64,000 bases of DNA, taken from an uncultured Verrucomicrobiae bacterium (GTDB lineage: Bacteria; Verrucomicrobiota; Verrucomicrobiia; Chthoniobacterales; JAFAMB01). Position numbers and translations under genes: made by a program. The notes beneath the pieces were generated by a model that saw only the letters and a list, made by a program, of their open reading frames with translations, made no database searches and had not been told where the DNA came from. Positions 31,073 to 41,266 of the stretch are shown one piece after another. The first letter of the stretch is position 1, and each line of letters opens with the position of its first letter. The DNA is taken from positions 2,304,001 through 2,368,000 of the forward strand of contig CAWIPH010000002.1 of NCBI GenBank assembly GCA_963837955.1, in the 5' to 3' direction.

Positions 31073-32164
31073 GTGAAATTTCCAAATAGCGATGCAATGA
31101 AAGCTCCGATGGAATTCGCCAGTCTTCGATCCCAACTCGAAGTGATGGAGTCCTTCCGGCGACCTTGGTTCGTGGCGGGCGGCTGGGCCATCGATCTATT
31201 TCTCGGCCGCGAGACTCGGAGTCACGGGGATGTCGACATTGCAATCTTCCGAGAAGATCAGTTCGAGCTGCGACGACATCTTTCCAACTGGAATTGGGAG
31301 AAGATGGTTAGCGGAACACGGGTTTGCTGGGACTCAAACGAGTGGCTCGAATTGCCAGTTCACGAAGTGTGTGCTAGCAGCGGCGAGTGCCAGCTGGAGT
31401 TTCTCTTCAACGAACGCCGGGAAGATCTTTGGGAGTATCGGAGGGATCGAACCATTGTGCGATCGATCTCGCATTTCCGGGGAAATACACAAGGCGGCTT
31501 GCCGGTCTTTCCTCCCGAAATCGTGCTTCTGTACAAATCCAAAAGTCCGTCCGAAAAAGACCTCTCCGATTTCCGCAAGGTATGGCCGCGGTTGCACTCT
31601 GAAGCACGATGGTGGCTAGCGGACGCGATGGTAAGATTTAGACCGACGACTTGGAATATCGTGGAGATTGCCGATTACAGTGAGCGATGGCCGGCTGATT
31701 TTAGCCGGATTGCCAGTGAGGTAGGAGGCGTCCTCGGCGAACTTGCGATAGCGATTGAACATGTCGGAAGCACCAGCGTTCCCGGGCTTCCCGCGAAGCC
31801 AATTATCGACGTCGACGTCTTGATCCGCTCAAACGCGGAATTTGTCGAAGTCCGCGACCGGCTGGAGCGGTTCGGCTATATCCATCGGGGACCGTGCGGC
31901 GTCGAGGGGCGGGAAGCATTCCGCTGCGTCATCGATCTTCCGAAACACCACCTTTACGTCTGCGAGCCATCGAGTCATCCCGTTGTCGAACACTTAAGTT
32001 TTCGTGACTGCCTTCGAAATCAGCCAGAAGTGGCGGCCGCCTACGCGAAATTGAAAAAGGACTTGGCGCAACGGTTCCGAACAGATCGGGAGCGATATAC
32101 AGAGGCTAAGACCGAATTCATTCGGAGCATTCTCGAGTTAGAAAAGAGAAGTTCGCGGCGATAA
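31073..32164 (+). CDS. Fusion of a nucleotidyltransferase (ANT(2'')/Lnu-like) domain and a GrpB/UPF0157 domain
   Basis: N-half: WFVAGGWAIDLFLGRETRSHGDVD, PEIVLLYK. C-half: IEHVGSTSVPGLPAKPIIDVD, FRDCLR, YTEAKTEFI. Confidence 0.85.
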   Translation: MKFPNSDAMKAPMEFASLRSQLEVMESFRRPWFVAGGWAIDLFLGRETRSHGDVDIAIFREDQFELRRHLSNWNWEKMVSGTRVCWDSNEWLELPVHEVCASSGECQLEFLFNERREDLWEYRRDRTIVRSISHFRGNTQGGLPVFPPEIVLLYKSKSPSEKDLSDFRKVWPRLHSEARWWLADAMVRFRPTTWNIVEIADYSERWPADFSRIASEVGGVLGELAIAIEHVGSTSVPGLPAKPIIDVDVLIRSNAEFVEVRDRLERFGYIHRGPCGVEGREAFRCVIDLPKHHLYVCEPSSHPVVEHLSFRDCLRNQPEVAAAYAKLKKDLAQRFRTDRERYTEAKTEFIRSILELEKRSSRR

Positions 32165-32210
32165 AGTCGGCTTCCTTGGCGGAACTACCCGAGTCCTAGG
32201 TTCTCTGCCG

Positions 32211-32262
32211 GGGAGGGCGCACGTCCTCGTGCGCCGCGGATCGCGAGGACGCGATCCCTCCC
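32211..32262. repeat. GGAG-type REP doublet
   Basis: GGGAGGGCGCACGTCCTCGTGCGCCG-CGGATCGCGAGGACGCGATCCCTCCC; inverted homolog at 44088-44147. Confidence 0.8.
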
Positions 32263-32284
32263 CACCCGGGCGCGCTTAAAAGTA

Positions 32285-32809
32285 CTAAGGGCGAACGGAG
32301 CTGACCCGCGCAAATACGCCGTCGGTGCGGACGTAGTCCCGAAATTCTGCGAAATTTTTCAGTGTTTTTCCGGCGGCACCAGCGTCCCAGGTTATTTTTG
32401 GCGACTCATTTCCGAGCCGAGAGATGAGCATGAATCCTGTCGTATGGGCTACCCCACCGTGCTCCCAGGCGATGAGCCAATGCTCATTGTCGGTGACCAT
32501 CCAGCATATCCGACTGAACGGAAGAGAAGGATCCTGTACAGCGTCGGTCGGATTCCACGGCTTGTCGGGATCCGCGGGTTTCTGCCCTGGAAAACAGAGT
32601 CGCAGCACCTCTGTGGGGATGTCGCGGTAAGATCCCACGCTTCTTAATCTGCTGGCGTCAAGGATCAAGGATCGCTCGCTGGAAGGCAACGGAACAGGTT
32701 TGGTGGTGCCAGCAACTGCGACGACCGCAGCCAGTATCAAGTTGGCGCTGATCGTCTTAGTTAAAACGGAGAGTTTGATAAGCATTAGGAATGGATAACG
32801 AACGAGCAA
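32285..32809 (-). CDS. Hypothetical exported protein
   Basis: Signal-like N-terminus; ADPDKPWNPTDAV...LP and WEHGG segments; co-oriented with the upstream gene. Confidence 0.65.
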   Translation of the reverse strand: MLVRYPFLMLIKLSVLTKTISANLILAAVVAVAGTTKPVPLPSSERSLILDASRLRSVGSYRDIPTEVLRLCFPGQKPADPDKPWNPTDAVQDPSLPFSRICWMVTDNEHWLIAWEHGGVAHTTGFMLISRLGNESPKITWDAGAAGKTLKNFAEFRDYVRTDGVFARVSSVRP

Positions 32810-32825
32810 TAAAATTTAGGGCGGG

Positions 32826-33491
32826 TCAGTAAATGAAGGGCAGAAGTCGCCGGGTCTTTTCCCGGTAGGCGCGATACTCGTTTCCAAATTCCGTTTCCAA
32901 GAATTTTTCTTCGTCGGCCATCCGGCTCAACAAAAGGAAAAACAAAATAACGTTCAGAACTAACCCAATGGTACTTCGGAAGACGAGCACCCAGCCGATC
33001 ATCGCTATGAGTAGTCCGGTATAGCTTGGATGGCGGATATGCTTGTAGATACCGTCGGTCTTTAGCTTGTGATCCGGTTGGATTGCGACCAGTCCGCTAA
33101 AACGACGTCCGAGCACAAAGACAGCTATTAATCGGATAACTGATCCAATCCAAAAGAGCGCTAAACCTAGATAACGCATTCCATCACCATCAATTACCCA
33201 GAGATCGTGGCGGTCGCAGTAAGGAGGAATTGCGGTCATGAACAGGAAGAGGACTATGAACCAGACAATAATGCGTTTGCTTCCGGGAGAATAACGTTTG
33301 CCTGAACTGATGCCCGAAGTACCGGAAAAACAGGCAACGACGGTCAGCAGAACCGAAGCGACGACGAGTTCTCTCCGGGCGGGATGGGCGAAAAACATAC
33401 TCCAATCGCCCCATGCCAAGATCGTGATACCAATTTGCACAACCAAACCAATAGTTGCGACTATTGCTATCCGGGGGTCAAAGCGCGCCAT
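32826..33491 (-). CDS. Isoprenylcysteine carboxylmethyltransferase (ICMT/Ste14) family membrane protein
   Basis: HKLKTDGIYKHIRHPSYTG and EEKFLETEFGNEYRAY motifs. Confidence 0.9.
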   Translation of the reverse strand: MARFDPRIAIVATIGLVVQIGITILAWGDWSMFFAHPARRELVVASVLLTVVACFSGTSGISSGKRYSPGSKRIIVWFIVLFLFMTAIPPYCDRHDLWVIDGDGMRYLGLALFWIGSVIRLIAVFVLGRRFSGLVAIQPDHKLKTDGIYKHIRHPSYTGLLIAMIGWVLVFRSTIGLVLNVILFFLLLSRMADEEKFLETEFGNEYRAYREKTRRLLPFIY

Positions 33492-33517
33492 CGGTATCAG
33501 TGCGGCCCTTCAGGCCG

Positions 33518-33661
33518 AATGACAAATTAGAAATGACAAATGACAGATTTGATCTGCAGATCTGGCTAATTTCATTGGATCAGGCCCGGAGGCGACCCTC
33601 TATCTGCTATCTGCTATTTGCTATTTGCTATTTCTCACCGGCCATTTGTCATTTCTAATTC
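33518..33661. repeat. Heptamer tandem repeats in inverted arrangement
   Basis: AATTAGAAATGACAAATG ... CATTTGTCATTTCTAATT, with (TGCTATY)n between them. Confidence 0.7.
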
Positions 33662-33665
33662 CGCC

Positions 33666-34478
33666 ATGAATACCTCCACGAAATCCAAAGCAGTTGCCTT
33701 CCACCAATTGCATCATACGGATCAAATCCTCGTGCTGCCAAATTCCTGGGACGCGCTGAGTGCTCTGATCTTGAAAGAAGCCGGCGCTAAGGCCGTTGCC
33801 ACGACCAGTGCAGGACTTGCTTGGGCGCACGGATACGGTGATGGCGAGAAGCTACCGGTGGATATGCTTATCCAGGCAATCCGGGAAATTACCCGCGTCA
33901 TCGATGTACCGGTAACGGTTGATCTCGAAAGTGGATTTAGTGACGATCTCACGACGTTCGCGACAACCATCGAGGCTGTTATCGATGCCGGTGCAGTCGG
34001 CATTAACCTGGAAGACGGAAGCAAAGCGCCGGAGTTATTGACGGCGAAGATTCGTGCCACCAAAGAGGTCGCGTGCCGCAAAGATGTTCCGCTTTTCATC
34101 AATGCGCGAACTGACGTATTTCTTCGATCTCTAGTACCAGAACCGGAAGCGGTCGCGGAAGTCATTCGCCGGGGTGCGCTCTACCGGGAAGCGGGCGGTG
34201 ATGGTTTCTTCGTGCCCGGCTTGGTGCAACTGGAAAAGATTCGTGCAATCGTCGAATCGGTCGATCTCCCGCTTAACGTTTTGGCAACTCGTGGGGTAGC
34301 TACTATTGAGGAATTAGAAAAAATCGGCGCGAAGAGGTTGAGCTTGGGTGCGCGATTGTCGGAGGCCGTGTTTGGCCGACTTAAACAAATCGCGACCAAG
34401 CTGCTTCATGATCGTTCGCTGGAAGGTCTATTTGCAGAGGGCCTCTCCTTTGCCGAAATCAATCAGCTCATGAGTTGA
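33666..34478 (+). CDS. Isocitrate lyase/PEP mutase superfamily protein (uncharacterised subgroup)
   Basis: PNSWD, ATTSAG, VDLESG, GINLED and INARTD motifs; lacks the KxCGH loop. Confidence 0.88.
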   Translation: MNTSTKSKAVAFHQLHHTDQILVLPNSWDALSALILKEAGAKAVATTSAGLAWAHGYGDGEKLPVDMLIQAIREITRVIDVPVTVDLESGFSDDLTTFATTIEAVIDAGAVGINLEDGSKAPELLTAKIRATKEVACRKDVPLFINARTDVFLRSLVPEPEAVAEVIRRGALYREAGGDGFFVPGLVQLEKIRAIVESVDLPLNVLATRGVATIEELEKIGAKRLSLGARLSEAVFGRLKQIATKLLHDRSLEGLFAEGLSFAEINQLMS

Positions 34479-34550
34479 GCAGAGCGCAATATCCAGCGCT
34501 CGGAGGGTGCGCCGCTTGCGGCGCCCGGGCACAATCCAGGGTGAAGACCG

Positions 34551-34806
34551 GTAGGCGAAACCCGACTTCGCCAACTTGTCGCGCCGCAGGCTTGGCGAAG
34601 GCGGAAGCCTACGTCGCGGCTAGATCTCTGGTGTTCCCAAAACGCACGGCTGAGGGCGCGCCATCAGCGCAGCGACGGCGGCACGCCGTGAGCGACAGCG
34701 AGACTGGCGTGTGAGCCAAACGATAGATCGTGCGCGCAAGGCTCACAGTCCGGCGTTAGACGATGTGATCCAATCACGCGTTTTCTGCCGGACTGTATCG
34801 CCCTAC
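34551..34806. repeat. GTAG-type REPIN with a ~120-bp insertion in one arm
   Basis: Reverse-complement homolog of 55028-55160, interrupted at about 34562-34682; a CGGAGGG half-element lies at 34501-34529. Confidence 0.8.
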
Positions 34807-34851
34807 CCGCTCTCGCCTTCGGGTGAGCTCCACCATGCGGACGACCGCCTA

Positions 34852-35865
34852 TCAGCGCCCGGAGGAGAGCTTCTGGATGAAGTCGTACGGGTAGGGAAGT
34901 TCGGGTTCGCTGGCGGCGTCGAGTTTTTGCACCTGTTCAGGTGTGAGTTCCCAGCCAGCCGAACCGAGATTTGTCTCCAATTGTTCACGGTGGCGAGCCC
35001 CGATAATCGGTGCGGTGACACCGGGTTTGCGCAAGAGCCAGTTAATAGCGACCTGGGCGGGCGTATGTCCTGACTCTTTTGCCACGGAGTGTAACACGTC
35101 AAGGGTGCGCCAGGTCGATTCCCGATTGTATGCACTCCAATTTTCCGACCAGCCTTTTTTCTCAGCAACTTCGATCCGGGAACCGGCCGGCGGGGCCGTC
35201 ATACCGCGATAGAATTTTCCCGATAACCAACCGCCGCGTAAAGGGCTCCATGGGATGACTCCAAGCCCTTCGCGCAGCGAGACTGGAATGAGTTCCCACT
35301 CGGTCGAGCGGCAAAGGAGATTGTATTGTGGTTGGAGACAAACGAACGGTTCCCAGCCGTTCGTGCGGCTCAAATCGATGGCTTTCTGAAGTTGCCAACC
35401 GGTGAAATTGCTGACTCCGAGATATCTGACCAATCCTTGTCGGACCAAATCATTCAGGGTCGAAAGAGTTTCTTCTAATGGGGTACCTGGATCCCAACAA
35501 TGGACCTGATAAAGGTCGATGTAGTCGGTCTGCAGACGTTTCAGGCTTGCGTGAACGGAAGATAGGATGTGTTTGCGGCTCAAGCCGATATCATTCGGCC
35601 CATCACCCATAGGAAAGCGAACCTTGGTCGCGATGATGAGATTATCTCGGTGCTGTCGGCTGATCCAGCGACCCAGAATCTCTTCGGAGACACCGGTCGA
35701 ATAAACGTTCGCCGTATCGATAAAATTCCCGCCAGCCCCGACGAAATGGTCGAGCATTGCGTGGCTCTCCGCTTCGTCCGCCTCATTTTCGCGACCAAAG
35801 GTCATCGCACCTAAGCAAAGCTCACTGACGCGTAATCCTGTCCGTCCTAGATATCGATATTCCAT
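34852..35865 (-). CDS. Aldo/keto reductase
   Basis: [25 protein letters not shown] and DYIDLYQVH motifs. Confidence 0.95.
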   Translation of the reverse strand: MEYRYLGRTGLRVSELCLGAMTFGRENEADEAESHAMLDHFVGAGGNFIDTANVYSTGVSEEILGRWISRQHRDNLIIATKVRFPMGDGPNDIGLSRKHILSSVHASLKRLQTDYIDLYQVHCWDPGTPLEETLSTLNDLVRQGLVRYLGVSNFTGWQLQKAIDLSRTNGWEPFVCLQPQYNLLCRSTEWELIPVSLREGLGVIPWSPLRGGWLSGKFYRGMTAPPAGSRIEVAEKKGWSENWSAYNRESTWRTLDVLHSVAKESGHTPAQVAINWLLRKPGVTAPIIGARHREQLETNLGSAGWELTPEQVQKLDAASEPELPYPYDFIQKLSSGR

Positions 35866-35905
35866 AGGCGGGAAACGTAGGACGGTCGATCAGCGATGGC
35901 AAACT

Positions 35906-36085
35906 GGAAGAATACTACGCGAAAACGACGGGCATGCCATCTCAGCCGGCTTTTGGGAGAAACTCAAAACGGGTAAATCTGGCAACCCGTTCCGCTGCTA
36001 AAGGAGCCGATTCAGGCAACTAAAGAGGCCGGATGAAGGACTGACAGGCCAAATAGTTGACGGTTTATTCCCGTAGTATTTTTTC
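35906..36085. promoter_or_regulatory. Two candidate HexR/RpiR-type operator sites in a divergent promoter region
   Basis: CGTAGTATT at 36072-36080, and on the minus strand ending at 35919; the same core recurs at 44187 and 44419-44432. Confidence 0.5.
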
Positions 36086-36194
36086 CGAGTTGATTTTTGA
36101 CGCGTAAGACATAGCCTCGCGTTATTCCCCCCGTCGCTAGCTGGCGAAAATCACTTTCTTCTACCAGTCCAGTGCCGAAGTGGAGTTGAGCGAT

Positions 36195-37280
36195 ATGAAT
36201 CCTGAAAACTCTGATCTAATCCGTCAACCGATCCCCCGGAGGACGTTTATTCGCCGCGCCGCGGCTGTAACCGGCGCAACTGCAGTTTTGACGGCTCTGC
36301 CGCGCAAACTGTTCGCCGCAGATAGCAAACCAGTCCTGGTAAATTCCATCCGTTCTCTGGCCAATCCGTATCACGCCACCTGGAATCAAGGTGGTGTTGA
36401 TTTCGCTAAAGCGGTCGGATGTGAATACGTCACACTCGTTACCGAGGGTAACAGCGAGAAAGGGATCGCTGATATCCGCGCCATCTTGGCGAAGACCGGT
36501 GGCAATCTGGTTTTGAACGTTGATCCAAACGACTCACCGGATGCTCGATCGATCGTCGAAGCGTGCGTCAGCGCGAAAGCCCATGTGGTCACGCAATGGA
36601 ATAAACCGGACGATTTACATCCGAAAGATTTTAACCCGTATTACATAGCCCACATCATTTTCGATGGGGTGACCTATGGCCAGCAGACAGCCGAGGCGTT
36701 ATTCAAAACATTCGGAGGATCCGGCGGGATCGTCGGTTTGGGCGGTATTATTTCTAATACACCCGCTATTCAGCGTAAGCAGGGCATGGAAAAAGCCCTC
36801 GCCGCCAACCCGAATGTGAAGCTGCTCGATTTCCAAGTGGCCAACTGGAAGGCTTCGGAAGCGTTCACGATCACCGGCACCTGGCTGACCAAGTTCGGGA
36901 AAGACATCAAAGGCATCTGGGCTGCGAATGATGATATGGCTAGTGGCGCGCTAGAAGCGTTACGAGCCGAGGGCCTAAACGGCAAAATTCCCGTTTGTGG
37001 CACGGACGGAATCAAACTCGCGGTCGAAGCGGTCAAAAGCGGCGATATGGCTGCGACCGCTTCCTGGAATCCGTACTGGCAGGGAGGAATGGGATTGGCC
37101 ATTGGTTACGGTGCGCGGACGGGCAAGTTTGAGGTCACCAAAGAACCGGACAATCACCGTAACTATAATGCAAAAGGTATCCTTGTAACCAAAGACACGG
37201 TCGACGATTTCATAAAGAATTACATTCAAACTACGCCTAAGGTCGATTGGACCGATTACTGGGGTAACGTCGCAAGCTGA
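36195..37280 (+). CDS. Sugar ABC substrate-binding protein with Tat signal
   Basis: PRRTFIRR twin-arginine leader; IWAANDDMA and CGTDG motifs. Confidence 0.92.
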   Translation: MNPENSDLIRQPIPRRTFIRRAAAVTGATAVLTALPRKLFAADSKPVLVNSIRSLANPYHATWNQGGVDFAKAVGCEYVTLVTEGNSEKGIADIRAILAKTGGNLVLNVDPNDSPDARSIVEACVSAKAHVVTQWNKPDDLHPKDFNPYYIAHIIFDGVTYGQQTAEALFKTFGGSGGIVGLGGIISNTPAIQRKQGMEKALAANPNVKLLDFQVANWKASEAFTITGTWLTKFGKDIKGIWAANDDMASGALEALRAEGLNGKIPVCGTDGIKLAVEAVKSGDMAATASWNPYWQGGMGLAIGYGARTGKFEVTKEPDNHRNYNAKGILVTKDTVDDFIKNYIQTTPKVDWTDYWGNVAS

Positions 37281-37363
37281 CGGGAATCCGAGCGCACCAG
37301 GAGTCGTAACCATAATTTGTCTTGGTCGTCGTGCTTGTTCTCGAATGAGGCAATCACGATAGG

Positions 37364-37639
37364 GTAGGGCGAAAACCTCGTCCGGCAGGCGCCGGGCGGG
37401 TTTGAGCCGTGCCCCTGGATCGACCTGGGCGCAGGATATGTTAAAATCTACCTATCATTTTAGCCAGATTGCAGCACGAATGGTTCTGAGGGTACGATCA
37501 ACTAAGGCGCGCGATCAGGTACAGAGGGCGTCGGTAAGGACACGCTCCCGACTTCGCACACTTGTCGCGCCGGAGGCCTGGCGAAGGCGGAAAGCCCACG
37601 TCGCGGATGCACAACGGACGCGCGGGAGCGCGTCCCTAC
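37364..37639. repeat. GTAG REP half (37364-37409) and a second REP doublet (37534-37639) interrupted by a nested small element
   Basis: 37364-37409 is almost identical to 30851-30896; GTAAGGACACGCTC[insert]...GGACGCGCGGGAGCGCGTCCCTAC. Confidence 0.78.
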
Positions 37640-37703
37640 CGCTTTCAACGAGTCCGCTTACGATCGAATTTATCAGGGAACGACGAGGAAAATCTTTGGC
37701 GAA

Positions 37704-38735
37704 GTGAACAAATCTTCGACGAGTACAATCTCAAAGACTGAGTTGGACCAGGCCAAACCGCAAAAACAGGAACCGCGCTCCCGGAAATGGCTGGAGCGGG
37801 TCAAGTCTTTTGCGCCGCTTCTCGCGTTGATCGTCCTGTCGCTCCTAATCGGCCTGAGCAATCCGCGCTTTTTTGATTTCTTCAATTTTGTCCGAATCGC
37901 TAATTCTGCGGCGATACCGCTGGTGCTCGCTCTCGGAGCCACGTTCGTTATCCTACTGGGAAGCGTTGATCTTTCGGTGGAGGGCGTACTCGCGCTCGGT
38001 GCAGTGGTCGTTGCCATCTCAGTTCACAACGACATGAACCAGAATTCTTTCGGCTGGATTGCTCCCATTTTTGCTATCGCTGCGGGCGCGGCCATCGGAT
38101 TTTTGAACGGATTTATTCATGTGAGAGTCCGTATCCCGTCGTTCATGGTTACCCTCGGCAGCTGGTTTGTTGGAATCGGGCTCGCAACCCTGATTCTGGG
38201 CGGGAAAAACGCGCGGGTACTCGATCCCGAAATTCGCGCACTTGCGCTCACTCGATTTTTCAATTTTCCGCTAGCGGTTTGGGTTTCATTAGGAGTGCTG
38301 GTCGTGGCTTGGCTGATCGAAAGATTTACGATATTCGGCCGGCATGTTCTAGCCATTGGTGGCGGAGAAGATCTCGCTTTGCTTTCTGGCATTCATGTTA
38401 ATCGAGTAAAAATATTGGTATTCACCCTGGCCGGAGCGTTCTATGGAATCGGCGGAGTTTTGGCGGCAGCACAGCTCGGTCAAGGCAACGCCACTATCGG
38501 TGACGGTCGGCTATTTTCGACGATCACAGCTGTCGTGGTTGGTGGAACGTCGTTGAGCGGCGGAACGGGTGGGGTACTAAACAGTCTGGTTGGTGTCTTG
38601 ATCATTGCTGTCCTGGGCAATGGCATGGTTTTGCTTGGCATTTCCCCGGAACTCCAACAAGCAGTACAAGGGCTCATTATCATCATTGCCGTGGCATCTT
38701 CGATCGATCGTCAGCGGATGAAATTTGTGAAATAA
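37704..38735 (+). CDS. Sugar ABC transporter permease
   Basis: GATFVILLGSVDLSV and AVVVGGTSLSGG motifs. Confidence 0.95.
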   Translation: MNKSSTSTISKTELDQAKPQKQEPRSRKWLERVKSFAPLLALIVLSLLIGLSNPRFFDFFNFVRIANSAAIPLVLALGATFVILLGSVDLSVEGVLALGAVVVAISVHNDMNQNSFGWIAPIFAIAAGAAIGFLNGFIHVRVRIPSFMVTLGSWFVGIGLATLILGGKNARVLDPEIRALALTRFFNFPLAVWVSLGVLVVAWLIERFTIFGRHVLAIGGGEDLALLSGIHVNRVKILVFTLAGAFYGIGGVLAAAQLGQGNATIGDGRLFSTITAVVVGGTSLSGGTGGVLNSLVGVLIIAVLGNGMVLLGISPELQQAVQGLIIIIAVASSIDRQRMKFVK

Positions 38736-38739
38736 GGCC

Positions 38740-40257
38740 ATGGCGGAAAAAGCATTTCTCAGCCTGACCAATGTCAGCAAAGCGTTTGCCGGCGTGCAGG
38801 CGCTAGACCGTGTCTCGATTGAAATTCGGCCGGGCGAAGTGGTCGGTTTGGTTGGCGAAAATGGTGCAGGGAAATCGACGCTGATTCGGATATTGGCGGG
38901 AGTCTACCGGCCTGATAACGGGGCCCTGCTCCTCGACGGCAAACCCCTCACACTGAACAGTCCACGCGAAGCCAATCTGAACGGCATCGGGATTGTGTTT
39001 CAGGAGCAATCCTTACTTCCCAATCTAACGGTCGCGGAAAACATCTATCTCGGTCAGGAAAAAGAATTTAGTCGCTGGGGCGTTGTCTCCTGGCCAGCCC
39101 TGCGTGCGGCAGCGCGCCGCCAGTTGGAAAAAGTCCAATTAACGATTGACCCTGCTGCGCGAACCGCGCGGTTGAGCTTTGCGGAAAGGCAAATGGTCGA
39201 ATTGGCTAAAGCCTTGGCCTTGGAGGAGCGAACGGAGCGGCACCTCGTGATTCTGTTAGACGAGCCGACCTCCGTCCTCGAACAACGGGAAATCGACATT
39301 CTTTTTGAACGGGTGCGCGCTCTGCGCAGTCGCGCCAGTTTCGTGTTTGTCTCGCATCGCTTGGATGAAGTCTTGCACATCTCTGACCGCGTCTATGTCA
39401 TGAAGGATGGCAAGGTCGTAGCCGAGATGCCTTCGACGGAAACGACCGTTCCACAATTGCATCGGCTCATGGTCGGAAGGGAACTCCACGCCGAGTATTA
39501 CCGCGAGGCCCAACAACTTCCACCCAGAGAGAACGTGGCGATTCGGGCGGAGCGTCTAACGGTGGACGGTTCCTATCGCAACGTTGATTTTATCTTGCGA
39601 CAAGGGGAGATCTTGGGCATCGCTGGAGTGATTGGATCGGGCCGCGAAGCATTGACTCGAACGCTTTTTGGTTTTCTCCCGCATTCTTCCGGAACACTCA
39701 CAGTTTCCGGGCTACCTGTTCGATTGACCTCCCCAGATCAGGCGGCCACTTTGGGTATTGGATACATTCCACGCGAGCGTCGAGTCGAGGGACTCGTGCT
39801 GGCGCTACCCATCGTTTCCAATATTACACTAGCGAGTCTCGCCACCGTGATGAAGACAGGAGCAATTCAGACAAAGCGAGAACGGGAAGTCGCCCAAAGT
39901 TGGGTGGAGAAGTTGCATGTTCGCACCCCCAACGTCGACGCGCTTTGCCTCAACCTCAGTGGAGGAAACCAACAGAAAGTCGTCCTGGCAAAGTGGATGA
40001 ACGCGCAGTCGAAGATTCTGATTTTCGATCATCCGACTCGGGGTCTCGATGTCGGAGCCAAGGAGGAAGTATATGACTTAATGCGAACGCTTTCGAAACA
40101 AGGAATTGCGATCGTGCTCACAGCCGACACGCTGGAAGAAACAATCGGGCTTTCCCATTCCATTATTGTGATGCGCGACGGCGAGGTGACGGCACGTTTC
40201 GATGCGCCGCCGGGCAACAAACCAGCCCAGATCGATCTGATCGGACACATGGTTTAA
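38740..40257 (+). CDS. Sugar ABC transporter ATP-binding protein
   Basis: GENGAGKS, LDEPT and LSGGNQQKV motifs. Confidence 0.96.
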   Translation: MAEKAFLSLTNVSKAFAGVQALDRVSIEIRPGEVVGLVGENGAGKSTLIRILAGVYRPDNGALLLDGKPLTLNSPREANLNGIGIVFQEQSLLPNLTVAENIYLGQEKEFSRWGVVSWPALRAAARRQLEKVQLTIDPAARTARLSFAERQMVELAKALALEERTERHLVILLDEPTSVLEQREIDILFERVRALRSRASFVFVSHRLDEVLHISDRVYVMKDGKVVAEMPSTETTVPQLHRLMVGRELHAEYYREAQQLPPRENVAIRAERLTVDGSYRNVDFILRQGEILGIAGVIGSGREALTRTLFGFLPHSSGTLTVSGLPVRLTSPDQAATLGIGYIPRERRVEGLVLALPIVSNITLASLATVMKTGAIQTKREREVAQSWVEKLHVRTPNVDALCLNLSGGNQQKVVLAKWMNAQSKILIFDHPTRGLDVGAKEEVYDLMRTLSKQGIAIVLTADTLEETIGLSHSIIVMRDGEVTARFDAPPGNKPAQIDLIGHMV

Positions 40258-40261
40258 GAAA

Positions 40262-41233
40262 ATGCCGGCATCTTCGACAACTCTGAAGAAAATCAATTAT
40301 GCCGACCAGATTCGTGCATTTGCGCCTCTACTGGTACTGGTCGGACTAGTACTGGTGATCGGCACCTTGCGACCTGCCTTTTTCAATCCGGAGAGCTTGA
40401 TTGGGACCTTCGCCGACACTGCCATTCTGTTTATTCTAGGCGCCGGCTCGACCTTTGTGGTCATGCTTGGAAGCATAGATCTTTCAATCCAAGCCATCTG
40501 TTCTTTTGCCAGCGTGATTGTCGCCGTGATGCTCCCGACTTACGGGTACGGGTTTTTTATTGTGGCGTTGGCGATGGGGTTGCTGGCCGGCACGGTGAGC
40601 GGGGTGTTTCACGTATGGCTCAAAATTCCTTCGTTTATTGTTACATTGGCTACCAGCGGTCTGCTGGTTTCCGCTGCTCTCTTGCTGTCACACGAACGAG
40701 CGATCAGTATTGAAGAATCGGGCCGCGCCTATCTCACCTGGGTGAATGGTCGGTTGTTCGATTTACCGAATGTTATTTGGATTGCGGCGATTGTGGCCGT
40801 CCTGGGCGTTTGGTGCCAGAAATACACTCCGTTCGGCCGCTACAGTATTGCGATCGGCGCTGGTGAGGCCGCCACCTGGGCATCCGGCGTTAGAGTGAAC
40901 CGCTACAAGGTACTCGCTTTCGCGATCTCAGGCGCCCTTGCGGCTTTGGCCGGTGTCCTAATGGCGGGCAGACAAAGCAGCGGCTCTCCCAACCTCGCCG
41001 ATCAATTGTTGCTGCCGGCCATCGCCTCGGTGATCGTTGGTGGTACAGCGATCACGGGTGGGGCAGGCGGAATTGGCCGAACTGTGGTGGGCGCTTTGAT
41101 CATCACGATTGTCCGGGTTGGGATGACATTCATAGGAGTGAACATCTTTGCTCAGCAGATCGTGTTTGGGCTGGTGCTCATTGTCGCGGTTGCCCTCACC
41201 ATCGATCGAGGAAAGATCGTGATTGTAAAGTAA
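40262..41233 (+). CDS. Sugar ABC transporter permease
   Basis: GSTFVVMLGSIDLS and SVIVGGTAITGG motifs. Confidence 0.95.
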   Translation: MPASSTTLKKINYADQIRAFAPLLVLVGLVLVIGTLRPAFFNPESLIGTFADTAILFILGAGSTFVVMLGSIDLSIQAICSFASVIVAVMLPTYGYGFFIVALAMGLLAGTVSGVFHVWLKIPSFIVTLATSGLLVSAALLLSHERAISIEESGRAYLTWVNGRLFDLPNVIWIAAIVAVLGVWCQKYTPFGRYSIAIGAGEAATWASGVRVNRYKVLAFAISGALAALAGVLMAGRQSSGSPNLADQLLLPAIASVIVGGTAITGGAGGIGRTVVGALIITIVRVGMTFIGVNIFAQQIVFGLVLIVAVALTIDRGKIVIVK

Positions 41234-41266
41234 TTCGCTCTGTTACAGCACTATACGACTGTTTTT

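Noticed and set aside
31073..31640. Calling a bona fide aminoglycoside or lincosamide resistance gene
   Set aside because: Only fold-level motifs are visible, and the family contains many uncharacterised members.
33666..34478. Second isocitrate lyase or prpB
   Set aside because: It lacks the catalytic KxCGH loop, so only a superfamily-level call is supported.
37402..37707. ORF between the SBP and the permease (likewise 34475-34714, 41986-42342, 49497-49733 and 54865-55380)
   Set aside because: These frames run through REP-like repeats and show no protein-family features.
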